Shown here piece by piece: positions 1 to 10,014 of a DNA stretch of 64,000 bases. The position numbers were made by a program, and so were the translations under genes. The DNA is from Haliotis cracherodii. Its lineage: Eukaryota. Within the stretch, counting starts at the first letter, position 1, and each line of letters opens with the position of its first letter. The notes beneath the pieces are model-generated. The model was not told the origin of the DNA and made no database searches. It was given only the letters and a program-made list of their open reading frames with translations. The stretch lies in assembly GCF_022045235.1 (NCBI RefSeq), contig NW_027266266.1:23436001-23500000 (forward strand), given 5' to 3'.

Positions 1-893
1 ACAATTCCTTTAGAATGTCCGAAAACATTTATAGCTAAATTATTTTGCTTTTCCACCTTATCAATTTGTGATATTGGTGTAGGTTCGTCTATACCATTGA
101 AGTTGAGTCCATTGTTTTGGGGATAGCTAGAAGGTCTATTTGCAATTTTAGAATCTACGGCAAACAATGCAGATCTTATCATCATTCTTAAACAGTCATC
201 GGATTTATTTTTTACGTTAATTATGGCTTTTTTCTCTTTATAATACGGGGGTAAATCTATATAAGATCCACCTTTGAAGGGCATATAATTTGCTATATCT
301 AAATATAAACTATCGATTTTATCCACACCCCAACCCGAACCTCTATTAGTCCAGCGTTCTAAAGTTTCCTGTATCCTCTGAATTGATGTATCTAATGATG
401 CGTTTATAGTATCGGATTCGGTTATAACTTCTTGATTGCTACGGAAATATGGTTCGGTATATTCGGTGCTATCGTCTGTGTTACTTTTACTCAATAACAT
501 TTTAATCGTCAGCTGGTATTTTATACTATGTAAATCATCTAACTCCTCGTTAATTTTACTCGATATGATTGACTTAATATCGTTAACATCCATGTTGGAA
601 TTAATATCCATCTTCCAACCTCTTAGATATTTACCAACGCCGGCGGATGTGGGTACAAATATTAATTCTTGTTGTTGAATATTATTATCTAGTAAAGCGA
701 TCAATTCAGCTCTTCTCATTCGAGAATAACCTCTCAGTCCACTGTTTCTCGCTTGAGATTTGAGTTCTCTAACAGTCTGTGGTTTGTTGTATTCCAAACC
801 TAGTAAGGTAATCAATTCAGCTTTTCTCATTCGAGAATATCCATGTAGACCACGTTCCTTTGCCATAGCCTTCAACTCTCTGACAAAAACCAT
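1..893 (-). CDS. Polinton/adintovirus-type protein-primed DNA polymerase B, N-terminal part (runs off the window edge)
   Basis: Manual translation from ATG at 893 appears open to position 1. It gives two Rho-N-like repeats (VRELKAMAKERGLHGYSRMRKAELI; TVRELKSQARNSGLRGYSRMRRAELI), then ERWTNRGSGW..YMPFKGGSYIDLPPYYKEKKAIINVKNKSDDCL..NNLAINVFG, the pattern typical of the region preceding Polinton pPolB. Missing from the ORF track because no stop falls in the window. Confidence 0.75.
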   Translation of the reverse strand, partial: MVFVRELKAMAKERGLHGYSRMRKAELITLLGLEYNKPQTVRELKSQARNSGLRGYSRMRRAELIALLDNNIQQQELIFVPTSAGVGKYLRGWKMDINSNMDVNDIKSIISSKINEELDDLHSIKYQLTIKMLLSKSNTDDSTEYTEPYFRSNQEVITESDTINASLDTSIQRIQETLERWTNRGSGWGVDKIDSLYLDIANYMPFKGGSYIDLPPYYKEKKAIINVKNKSDDCLRMMIRSALFAVDSKIANRPSSYPQNNGLNFNGIDEPTPISQIDKVEKQNNLAINVFGHSKGI

Positions 894-1317
894 TGTGGTT
901 GAATGGTATATGCAAAATGAGACAAATGTCTAATTGGTTGTTTTTCATATATTTAAATACGTATTCTCCCCAACCTATTCCTCTCGTTGATGTAATCTCT
1001 CTTCCTAGCATTAATAATCTGGTTCCTGACCCTATCAGCACCGTGTTTCTTACATAAACAATGACCTTTGACCCCTATCCCACATTCAGAACACGTATAG
1101 TTTATGTTTCCGCGCCTGATGTAATAATTGTGCCGCAGTAAATATCAACACAGCGTCGGTTACATAGAGTCGTCTTACCCATGAGTGTAAATATGCAATT
1201 ATTCATGGTTTATACATCTATCATATCATTTGTCTAAATGCAAATCACATCTACTCTAGTGAGGCAGTCAGCCAACGCTATTTATAGATCATGGTTTATG
1301 CATAGCCACAGCTGTAG

Positions 1318-1752
1318 TTATTTATGAGTAGTCATGGTATAGCTGAAAATCAATACAGCAGATAACCCCATAATCACAAATGCGACCTCGCGGTTCTTTT
1401 GAGCCTCTGACGATGTATAAAACTGACTCATTGTTGGTCTCGGTATTGGGTTGAGTTTTTTCCCATAAACGAGGAAGTATTCGTGCATGGCAGATTCAAC
1501 ATCCTTAAACGTTTGAATTGAATGTCCATCCTTACGCAGTCCTTCATGAATAAAATCTAATCTCTTCATTCTCTGCCGCGTATATTGTGACTGGGCTGCT
1601 TGGAGTTGTTCTAAAGCTTTATTATGTCGTTTACGCTCCTCTTCAACTTCTTTAGCGTTTGATTCCCTCATACTAGAAAATAAATAATTACTCCCCGAAA
1701 AAGCTAGAGCATTAACAATAGCTCCACCGACCATCATCGCAATTGTTGCCAT
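1318..1752 (-). CDS. Polinton/adintovirus small protein (hydrophobic N-terminus, coiled coil, hydrophobic C-terminus), 144 aa
   Basis: Intact ORF MATIAMMVGGAIVNALAFSGSNYLFS..EEERKRHNKALEQLQAAQ..; resembles small ORFs of invertebrate Polinton-like elements (recognised from memory). Confidence 0.6.
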   Translation of the reverse strand: MATIAMMVGGAIVNALAFSGSNYLFSSMRESNAKEVEEERKRHNKALEQLQAAQSQYTRQRMKRLDFIHEGLRKDGHSIQTFKDVESAMHEYFLVYGKKLNPIPRPTMSQFYTSSEAQKNREVAFVIMGLSAVLIFSYTMTTHK

Positions 1753-1834
1753 GTTTAATAATATAAAATATTCAAATGTTTAATAATATAAAATATTCAA
1801 ATGTTTAATAATATAAAATATTCAAATGTTTAAT
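1751..1834. repeat. 25-bp tandem repeat x3.3 (atgtttaataatataaaatattcaa)
   Basis: Direct reading; fills the intergenic space immediately upstream of the ATG at 1752. Confidence 0.95.
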
Positions 1835-1837
1835 TAA

Positions 1838-2074
1838 TTACTTCATTATGTCTTCCGGGATAAGTCCTTGTTTGATGAGCATATCCTTCGTTGCCATTGC
1901 TAATCCTATATGAAGAACAAACATACTATCAAAATTATTAAAATCAAGCTTGGGAGGTGTGGCTTTAGTAATCATTTTAGCTATACGGGCATGGCCCTTG
2001 GCCAAGCCGGTGATCACCGCTGAATGATAAGTTGCGTTTACCAACATTTTACCGTCTGTAACCGGAGTAGTCAT
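1838..2074 (-). CDS. Polinton/adintovirus small protein, 78 aa
   Basis: ORF GKMLVNATYHSAVITGLA..KLDF..LAMATKDMLIKQGLIPEDIMK; co-oriented with and tightly packed against its neighbours. Confidence 0.55.
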   Translation of the reverse strand: MTTPVTDGKMLVNATYHSAVITGLAKGHARIAKMITKATPPKLDFNNFDSMFVLHIGLAMATKDMLIKQGLIPEDIMK

Positions 2075-2084
2075 GCTTCTTATA

Positions 2085-2471
2085 GCATTATATGGGGGCT
2101 AACCTCTAACTGAACTTCTTGTTGCATTGGGGGTGACGTTTTCTCTTCTCGGGTCTTTTAAAAGAACCATACAGCCGCTATACCAACAACTCCTACTAGT
2201 GCCCATGTTTTAATCAGATTAATTTTGAATTATTTATTAATTTCGCTTTTCTCGCGAGTCCTCCCTTCCTCCCAGCTGCTATTTTCAAAGGATTCTTTGT
2301 CACTCTGGCTTGTTTTTGTGTTTGTGGTGCAATCGCTGGTTTCTCATTCACATGTGGTGCAATCTGTGTTTGTGGTGCATTCACATCCTCATTCATTCGT
2401 TGTTCCGCAATCTGTTGTGCAGTTATTTGCTCGTTCACTTGTTGCGTTTTCACTATCTGTTGAGTCTCCAT
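2085..2471 (-). pseudogene. Polinton-type small gene, frameshifted
   Basis: ORF 2214-2471 has a Q-rich N-terminus and KNPLKIAAGRKG motif. A TM-like continuation (WALVGVVGIAAMVLFKR) lies in another frame at ~2210-2090. Confidence 0.4.
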
Positions 2472-2589
2472 TTATATTATTAAGTGGGCACGTATGTTTA
2501 AATTGACAATACCTAGCCGTTATTAAAGCTGTGGTGAGTGGAGCTAAGAACATTCCGTATAATGGTTACGAATTTGTCTGGCTAATTCA

Positions 2590-3110
2590 GGATCATATCA
2601 TATCGTACTCCAGCGAGATATTGTCAATGGAATAGCTAGCATCTTCACCAGCGGATCTGATTACTCTACCGTAGTCATTAAAAGTGAGTTCGTATTCTAA
2701 CCTATCGCCTGTGGGAATCTAGTAATTCAAAGTCTAGGGAAATATAGAATCGGTTACCTAATGCATCGGCAACGGCGAGATCTTTGACGACGGTATCATC
2801 GCCATTTTCAGCGCCCACGCGCAGTCTCAATGTGTTCTTATTACAAATACCTTGGTACTGTAAGTTTTCCCGCTCTTTATCCGTTCTCCAGAGATCCATG
2901 TAACAATAGTATACATTGCTATCGTCGATACTCAAAACCTAATTACCGCTAATTTTAATGGCGATTTACTTAACGATAGCACGACCTATGTTCTGAATGG
3001 GCTCCCTGTTAACGTCGGTAGAAGTCAAACTAATCGTAAATGCTAGTCGGACAGTTCCGGGAACTAACACATCGTGTGCGCCGAGATTAGGAAAGCGAAC
3101 CAGAAGCGTT
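2590..3110 (-). pseudogene. Major capsid (hexon-like) gene fragment with stops
   Basis: VRFPNLGAHDVLVPGTVRLAFTISLTSTD..QNIGRAIVK*IAIKISGN*VLSIDDSNVYYCYMDLW..LRLRVG..LGNRFYISLDFELL..DRLEYELTFNDY..YSIDNISLEYDMI. Resembles adintovirus/Polinton MCP; has in-frame stops and is truncated. Confidence 0.65.
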
Positions 3111-3119
3111 CCATATTAC

Positions 3120-4040
3120 TCGGAGACATGTATAGTCCCGGCGCATAAACGTAGTCCGCTTTGGATTGAGCGTACTGTAATACATCTTGAAAACGCTTTA
3201 TAGACGATGGTATGTCAACTGGTGAATTAATGGTGTCCTCCACGTTTGAGACAAACTGTTTTTGCGCATCGAACGCCGTCCCAGTACCGATAATGGACGT
3301 TCGTGTTTGCGATTGCGCACCGAGAATTGCCCAAACATAAGTTCTTATCGATTCATTTCAAATCCTGGGTTAATAAAATTATTTTCCGTTTTATCATTAA
3401 GAAATTCATTCCACACGTCTGTTGTATCGTTTGTATGCACAAACTTTGTTATAATATAAGGAATGCCACTCTCAAGTTCATACGATCTGCTCTAAACTGT
3501 TTATCCGCGAGAGCAAAGCTTGAAGGGATCACACCCTCTTTAATTAGATAATCGCTTTTATCTTTAATAGTTCTTTGTCCACTGTATGGAATACCTAGAC
3601 CATGGCTAGGTCCACTAATGCGCCAATCTTTACTCGTAGAAACATTAAATTCATTACAAATACGTTCGAAGGCCCTCTTATCATAAATATGATTTGCGTG
3701 ATTCCACGCTGGATCCTGCGGTAATGGAGCATTAATTTCTTTAAGTATACGTCTAATCTGATGGTACACGTGAAATAGTATAACAGACTTATATAGTTTA
3801 AATCCTGAGGCATTAACAGATACGCCACATCCCGTTGTGGCACACCATACGGCAAAGTTTAACTGATTCTGCCAAAATTGCATCGGATTGTGAAACCAAT
3901 TGTGCACCATTTTATCGTTAGTTGCCGTGAAACTGTATTTTTCAAAGATATCGTGGAATATAACGGTAAACTCAGCACCAGAGGCAGTTACTATAATCGA
4001 TTGATTAGTAATGTAAGTTGATTTCATATTTAAGTTATGA
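3120..4040 (-). pseudogene. Conserved Polinton/adintovirus hypothetical gene, frameshifted
   Basis: WFHNPMQFWQNQLNFAVWCATTGCGVS..FHVYHQIRRILKEI in ORF 3449-4171, continued in another frame as AQSQTRTSIIGTGTAFDAQKQFVSNVEDTINSPVDIPSSIKRFQDVLQYAQSK. Confidence 0.6.
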
Positions 4041-4063
4041 TATAGTATCATTGTATATTTAAT

Positions 4064-4730
4064 ATGTATGTTACACTCCCGGGAATAACAAATGGTCAGT
4101 CTATTGAACTGCTTCATACTGTCGATAACTTGGATGGACAACTTGAAGTAGCTGTATGTGATATAACGCATTACCCGCTGTGGACCAATATAAGTGCTGC
4201 GAGAAGAAAAAATAGTATGAAACTATCAAGTGAAAAAAAATCCATTACTATACGTGATGGGTATTACAGCATATGCTCACTCAATGATGAAATTTTGAAG
4301 CCTAATGGAATGAGTCTCACACAAAATGAGTCGAATGGAACAGTGAAATTCGACTCTTAGAGAAAAAGGTGCAATTTTTTACGGTAACTTACCAGTTACA
4401 CTTGGATTTACACTCCCCGCATTTATAGAAACCGACATAATAATACATGGAGATATATTACCCAATCTAGTTCCCTATAAAGAGTTGTGCATCCATCTTG
4501 ATTAAATCAGTACGACGGATAATATTCAACTAGAAAGTCCTTCAACTCTGCTCAGAAGTGTTCCAGTGAAAAATGAAAAATATAATAGTGGTAGAACGAA
4601 ATCTTTCTCATCATTACAACATAAAAAAATAAAGCGGGGTATTATTTCAGACCTCAAAATTTCTATATTAGATGTAAAACACCAACCTGTACATATAGGA
4701 TACTTAAGTGTAACACTCCATATTATAAAA
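4064..4730 (+). pseudogene. Minor capsid (penton-like) gene, disrupted
   Basis: MYVTLPGITNG..LEVAVCDITHY..IRDGYYSICSLNDEI.. stop at 4358, then STLLRSVPVKNEKYNSGRTKSFSSLQHKKIKRGIISDLKISILDVKHQPVHIGYLSVTLHII, a beta-rich penton-like C-terminus. Confidence 0.55.
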
Positions 4731-4736
4731 TAATGG

Positions 4737-4887
4737 TTGATTCCATATTCAAGTTATGATATAGTATCTTTCTATATTTAATATGTATGTTACACTCCCG
4801 GGAAAAACAAATGGTCAGTCTATTGAACTGTTTCATACTATCAATAACTCGGATGGACAACTCGAAGTCGCTCTATGTGATATAACG
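4737..4887 (+). repeat. Partial direct duplication of 4018-4168 (penton-like 5' end plus upstream AT-rich leader)
   Basis: ttga(t/c)..aagttatgatatagtatc..atatttaatatgtatgttacactcccggga..caaatggtcagtctattgaactg is present at both sites with substitutions. Confidence 0.85.
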
Positions 4888-5077
4888 TATTATCATATAA
4901 TGGGTAGGTTTCTCGGCAGGATAAAGCCAACGGATAAAAACGATATCCGTTGGGGTCATATGCGGATAGAGATGCAAATATCAAAGGTCAAGTAGGGACT
5001 TATTTTCACTGTTTATAAACAAACATGGTGTCGCCCTCGTCATTCGGCGATCGAGTCAGAATTAACCATCGGGAATC

Positions 5078-5490
5078 TGAGATCCGGTGAAGAATAGGTC
5101 TTCAGCAAACCATGCTTGCCATAAAAGGCGACTTGGTTGATGCATGTCATCGTATCCCAATTTCGTGGATCGATGCTCATAGTGTCAATCACTGGATTGT
5201 CTGGTCCAGACTCGATTATTTGCAGACGGCCATCATATAGCTTGAATATTGCTGAGTGCGGCGTTAAACAACAAACAAACAAACAAACAAGCTTCAAGAG
5301 GCAACTAACGAGGATCGGGTGGTCAGGACCGTTGACATGGTTGATGCATGCCTTTGTATGCCAATTGCGTTGATCAATGCTCATGATGTCAATCACTGGA
5401 TTGTCTTGTCCAGTCACAATTATTTACATATGTCATATACCTTACGTCATATAGCTGGAATATTGGTGAGTGTGGCGTTAAAGAACAAAC
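5078..5490 (+). mobile_element. Clustered partial copies of an (AAAC)n-tailed SINE-like repeat
   Basis: gaagatccgg..gaataggtcttcagcaa..catgcttgcc..gatcgatgctcatgatgtcaatcactggattgtctggtccagactcgattattt..gcggcgttaaacaacaaac. Further clusters at ~11689-12310, 12530-12672, 50724-51395 and 61124-61780, plus a 3' piece in each central unit. Confidence 0.7.
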
Positions 5491-6364
5491 AAAACAAAAA
5501 ATCAACAATCCAAAGTATGGCAAAAGAATAATTGGACTTTTTTCAATAAATTGTTAGATAGGACAATTGTCACTTGTGATAGCTATGGCAGAAGCTTTAA
5601 GTTTTTCAAAGCATAAACTATTGAGGTTGACAGTGTTGCAAATGTCTCATTTTATTTTCTCTCGTAAACTGAAAATATACATTGATATCTGTGACCACAC
5701 GGAAGTAAGCTGTATCACGCCGGCTTGAATAGGATATCAAGTCATGATCACACAAACCAGTGACTGAAAGCATGAGCAAGAATCTTGTTTTTTGGCTCTT
5801 ATGGCCAGCAATGGATACCAAGGACCTATTATACTGTGGAATTCCTAGTTTCCTACAGGGTTCATTTGGAATGGTGATGAACCTTCTTTAATGTAGACAT
5901 TGTCATTATGGCGCGAGCGCATTCTTTTAATAAAGGGCTGTGATTCAATAGCTACAATCAGGCTAGGTTTGTCAAGCACTTTAGTTATTTCAAAATCATC
6001 CCTGTCCACAGGCAAGGAATTCATTCTTGATGTTATTTCATAAAGAAAAATGTCAATGATTGTGCATACTATATAAAAAAATGCTCCAATCTATACCTCA
6101 TGATGTGTAAGCCTAAGTGGTTATTAAAATTCATTTTTTATGTTATTTCTTAAAAAAAACGTGCATAAAATATTTAAAAATGCGCTACGCTATACCTCAT
6201 GTGTAAGCCTATTTGGTTATTAGATCTAACCTAGACTTACTGCCAGACAAGAACCAGAATTCTGTAGCATGGTTTCAGGATGTTATTCACGTTTTTGATA
6301 ATTATAGGAGGCACTAACATTGATCAAATATAACAGCAAACAACAGTTTGAACAACAAAAACAT

Positions 6365-6620
6365 TTATTTATACAACTGAAACCATATGGAAATAATTAA
6401 CAAGTCGAAAAGTTAATGAACCCAAGAAAATATCCTGGAACTTGTTCCAAGGAAAGCTTTAAACGTTGTTGCTGGAGGTGAAGACTCTTTTGACCACTCG
6501 GATGACAGGGACATCATGGCTCTCAGGAAGGACGGCTGGGAGGATTTGTGTTTCTTCCTCACTGCCAAAATCTCAAATAAGTCAGTCAAGTTAGTGTCAA
6601 CCATATTATTGTCATGACCA
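6365..6620 (-). pseudogene. Diverged paralog of the last exon of the array gene (present in all 10 units)
   Basis: atggttgacac..gtgaggaaga.acacaa..gtccttcctgagagcc.tg.tgtccc..aagagtcttcacctcca aligns with exon 3 but carries frameshifts; AATAAA follows (plus-strand tttatt ~6364-6369). Copies near 13.6, 21.2, 25.5, 30.4, 35.4, 40.3, 45.2, 52.2 and 62.6 kb. Confidence 0.7.
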
Positions 6621-6866
6621 TCACAAAGATTGTATCAATTTATTTATGAGTTATGAAAGCTAGGAAATGATTAGCAAGGAAGAAATATTTCCTTAATATT
6701 TCCAAATTGTATTTGGATGGTACAGTACACAAATTATTATCATAATTATCCTGTAAACTGTAATTAGTTCTGCAGATATATAGTATACCAGTATGTTATT
6801 GACATGTTTCACCTAATTATATTCAATGTTTTGGTAAGAAATCGTTTGGGAACTTCATAGCATGCT

Positions 6867-6879
6867 GTTACCGAGCAAC
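6867..6879. promoter_or_regulatory. RFX X-box-like motif GTTACCGAGCAAC
   Basis: Matches GTNRCC-N(0-3)-RGYAAC. Lies ~260 bp upstream of the paralog remnant and is retained in most units (altered at ~52.7 and ~63.0 kb). Confidence 0.4.
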
Positions 6880-7153
6880 CATAATAACATGGCCTGTGAT
6901 GTTCCACAAAATCAGCATCAAGAGCACATAAATCCATTTTTGTTTCAAGACCAGGGAGACAGGTGCTGAAAATCATGTCCAGGTCTTATGGCCCATAGTC
7001 TACTGAGTTAGAACTTCTCTTCAAAAACTTTCCTGATACATCCCTATTCATGTTCTTACCATCCCTATTTTAAACACAATGTTCGAAGTTTTTTCGGGGA
7101 AATTATTGTCCTCAAATAAATTACTGAGCTCGCATTATATATTTTATTATTCC

Positions 7154-7164
<11 letters not shown>

Positions 7165-7204
<40 letters not shown>
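7165..7204. repeat. (GT)n microsatellite
   Basis: Also at ~21934, 26279, 31210, 36144, 41074 and 46008 with variable length; absent at the homologous sites ~14375, ~52915 and ~63310. Confidence 0.95.
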
Positions 7205-7207
<3 letters not shown>

Positions 7208-7681
7208 TGTTGGGTTATTATTGAGTGTTCTATGAAATTTGAACATTTCAACTGGCAAATCTGAAAACAGATTGGCTGAAGAGTGGCACAGCAGTTAGTG
7301 TTCGCTTGTCACACCCTGGTCACACCCTACGATTTCCAACATGAGTAATTTGTGAAACCTATCATTGGACTACGATATTTAACTATTGCATACGATATTC
7401 GCCAAGTTGTCACAGACCTAAGGAGATCTACAAATGTAGAATCAGAATGCAGAATTGTGTAATGTTACTTGTAGCTTTAGGTTATGTTTGAGTTTGTTCC
7501 ATACGTAAGGAGGCTCCCATATTAATAATAGAATAAAACAACCAACAACAATTTAAACAACAACAAAATTTACTAATCATGCTAATGAAAGAACAACCAA
7601 ATGGGAAAGATAACTAATTTGCCAAAGTGTCCATACAAAAAAAGGAAAGGTGACTTCTCAGATTGTTACAAAAATGTCACT

Positions 7682-8598
7682 TTAAGCGTCGTTTTTGTTG
7701 GAGGTGAAGACTCTCTTGATTAGACTGATGAAGCGGGACAGCAAGGCTCTCAGGAAGGACTGGGGTGGGAGGGGTTGTGTGTCTTCCTCACGGCCGAGAT
7801 CGATCTCCACAAAGTCGGTGTCAACCATAATGACGTGGCCGGTGATGTTGACAGAAACAGAGACAGGGGCTGGGTCGGGGACAGAGGTGTAGGAGGTGGG
7901 GAGGGTGGACAGGGGTTCAGGGTGGTACACACAAGGACGCTGGTGGGGAGGGAAGTGGAAAAAGAGAAATGATGAGACAAACGTGATACTGATACTAGTG
8001 ATAGGTAGGGTGCGGTGTATCTTTAGTTAAGATAGTGGTAATACAGTAGGTTACGGAACATCAACACTTTGACAAACTGAGATTTAGACAAGGATCTGTT
8101 GTAAAAGTTGGTTATATTCTACAACCCTAGCACACCTACTCGACGTGGGACAGGAGTGGCAGCAGGGGTGAAAGTCTGGTGAAACATCCTCTCTGTGTGG
8201 GGGAGAAGTGAAAATAAATAAAACATGTACACTCTTATTTACACTGTAAAGTCATTAAAAACGTAAGCTTGTAAGTATATACCATATAGGTCTATATATA
8301 TAAATCTATACACGTTCGTGTAAGTTGTATTTATTTATTTCGTTCTATTCGTTAGTGGGCTTTTCACCTGGGGCAGAACGAAATCACTATTTATGTAAGC
8401 ATTGGCCATTGAAGAAATTGAAGTACATAGAAGAAATATAAAATGCGAGGAAGCGGTTTAGTATATCTTGAGAAACGTTGAAGTACGTTGAGATTTCTAT
8501 AGGCCTAGTTAAAGACTTTAGTGATGAGACCTTGGCGAAACGTAATCATCATGAAACTGTGACACATTGGTACCTTGAACACAGCTACTTGACTGCAT
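7682..8598 (-). CDS. Array gene copy 1, 3 coding exons (8574-8598, 8140-8192, 7682-7939), predicted 111-aa unknown protein
   Basis: aaacATG start; CAAG|gtacca..ttttcacttctcccccacacag|AGAGG (phase 1); CGA|gtaggt..ttccacttccctccccaccag|CGT (phase 0). The joined frame is open to TAA. Confidence 0.7.
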
Positions 8599-8677
8599 GT
8601 TTAAAAAACTCAAGCGATGCTCAAAATCCAAGGCAGATTATAGATTGAGAACAAAGAGACAGCAGATGCGGCAACAT

Positions 8678-8746
8678 AAAATGGCGTCGTTTTGCTGATA
8701 TCGGTAGCTTGGCAACGATCGGCACCAACGGAAGGGAGATAACTCT
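8678..8746 (-). promoter_or_regulatory. Putative promoter: YY1-like AAAATGGCG, RFX X-box-like GGTAGCTTGGCAAC, AAGGGAGATAACTCT motif
   Basis: Cluster 80-150 bp upstream of the predicted ATG; the three motifs are identical in all 9 visible copies. Confidence 0.5.
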
Positions 8747-8951
8747 CAGTTTCAAAGTATAAGTTAATACCGCTAAATTGATGTGGCGTTACCTGTATTT
8801 AATATTCTATGACAAATTAATTCATAGTCGAATTAATATATGAGTGTCCACTTAAGGATTTGTGAACAGGTAAAGGCTACAATTATTGAATCTTTTTTTC
8901 GTGCATTCTTTTTGGAAATGTTGGGGTGCTAGATGAATGCAAACGGTTATA

Positions 8952-9690
8952 GGGCGGGATGTTTTCCCTACAAAGGATTGTCCAGTTACAGTCAATTTTA
9001 TAAACTACACCTTTAGGTTCTTGGCGTTTAGTTGTGTTTCTGCCGTTGTCCCTTCTTAGAGAACTGAGTGAGGTGGATCTGGTGAAGTCGGGGTCAATAT
9101 TGGGTTGCTGTTTGGGGAGGCGGCTGATGATGAGGGGCAATCCTATTTAGGTGAAACATCCCGCCCCATCAACACCAGAATCAAAGAGCACAAAACTTCA
9201 ACCATCAAATCCGAGAGTAAATCAGCCATTCGGACCACATCAGCAACTGCCCTAATTACAACACAAACCTCCAAAATCCTCTCCAACAACCTCCAGGACT
9301 TCACAAAAAGCAAACTAAGAGAAGCAGTCCACATTCGCCGCCACAACCATCAATCAACAGAGATCAAGGCCATTTCATCCTATCCGCCTACTGTGAACTC
9401 ATTAAGCAATAGTGACTCCTCCTATATATACTTATCCTGTTTAATTGGCTTCCTGTCTCATCGGCTTCCTTATCATGTGTATTATTTAACTTACTTATGT
9501 TTATCTCTTTCATGTATGCAATTGTTTGTTACTGTTAATCCTCCACCTTCTATATATATTTTGTACCATGTTCATTATTCAGCCTTGCTTGACAACGGTA
9601 TAAGGATCTATACCGAAACGTCGATGTTACAGTAAAATAAAGAAGTTGTTATCCATAATTTGTGTGTACATTGTCATCCGTCAACTTCTA
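8952..9690 (+). mobile_element. Penelope-like element 3' fragment (GIY-YIG endonuclease) with 5' inversion
   Basis: Plus strand: GQSYLGETSRPINTRIKEHK..KSAI..KLREAVHIRRHN. Minus strand 8952-9133: EPKGVVYKIDCN/GQS..GKTSRP. Copies at ~16180, 23160, 28090, 33025, 37957, 42886, 47833 and 54563. Confidence 0.85.
9585..9623 (+). ncRNA. Degenerate minimal hammerhead-ribozyme-like motif of the Penelope 3' region
   Basis: TTGACAA-C-GGTATA-aggatc-TATACC-GAAA-CGTC: variant core box, 6-bp helix II, GAAA and GTC site. Helix I pairing is poor. Confidence 0.45.
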
Positions 9691-9693
9691 AGT

Positions 9694-9973
9694 GAGTGAG
9701 TGAGTGAGTGAGTGAGTTAGGTTTGACGAAGCTTTTAACAGTATTCCAGTATTATCACGGCGTGTCAGCTTAATGTGGGAGGAAACCCGAAGTGATGAGG
9801 GTCTCAGGCGTTTACCACTTCGGTGAAACTCACGAGCACGGGTATGGTGCTGACAAACCTAGAAACATAATCGGGGCGAACCGGTATTCGAACCCACAAT
9901 CATAGGTTTCTTGCGTTCCCAAAGGACGCAACTGTGCACAGCGAAATGCGGCGACTTAGACGCCTGGGCCACC
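9694..9973 (-). mobile_element. tRNA-derived SINE with (ACTC)n tail and 12-bp TSD caacttctaagt
   Basis: Minus-strand A-box TGGCCCAGGCGTCTAAG and B-box GGGTTCGAATACC; TSD at 9682-9693 and 9974-9985. Co-amplified at ~16900, 23823, 28754, 33688, 38620, 43549, 48558 and 55283; partial copy at 12310-12434. Confidence 0.85.
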
Positions 9974-10014
9974 CAACTTCTAAGTAATGCTTATCGAACA
10001 ATTCCCTCAAAACA

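Larger units (their letters stand above)
1..4890. mobile_element. Decayed Polinton/Maverick (adintovirus-like) endogenous element fragment
   Basis: Compact intronless gene cluster with pPolB-like, hexon-like, penton-like and small ORFs, several disrupted. No TIR is visible at the right junction. Confidence 0.75.

Noticed and set aside
9880-9973. tRNA gene (A/B boxes)
   Set aside because: Followed by a long body, an (ACTC)n tail and a TSD, so it is a SINE head; no proper cloverleaf.
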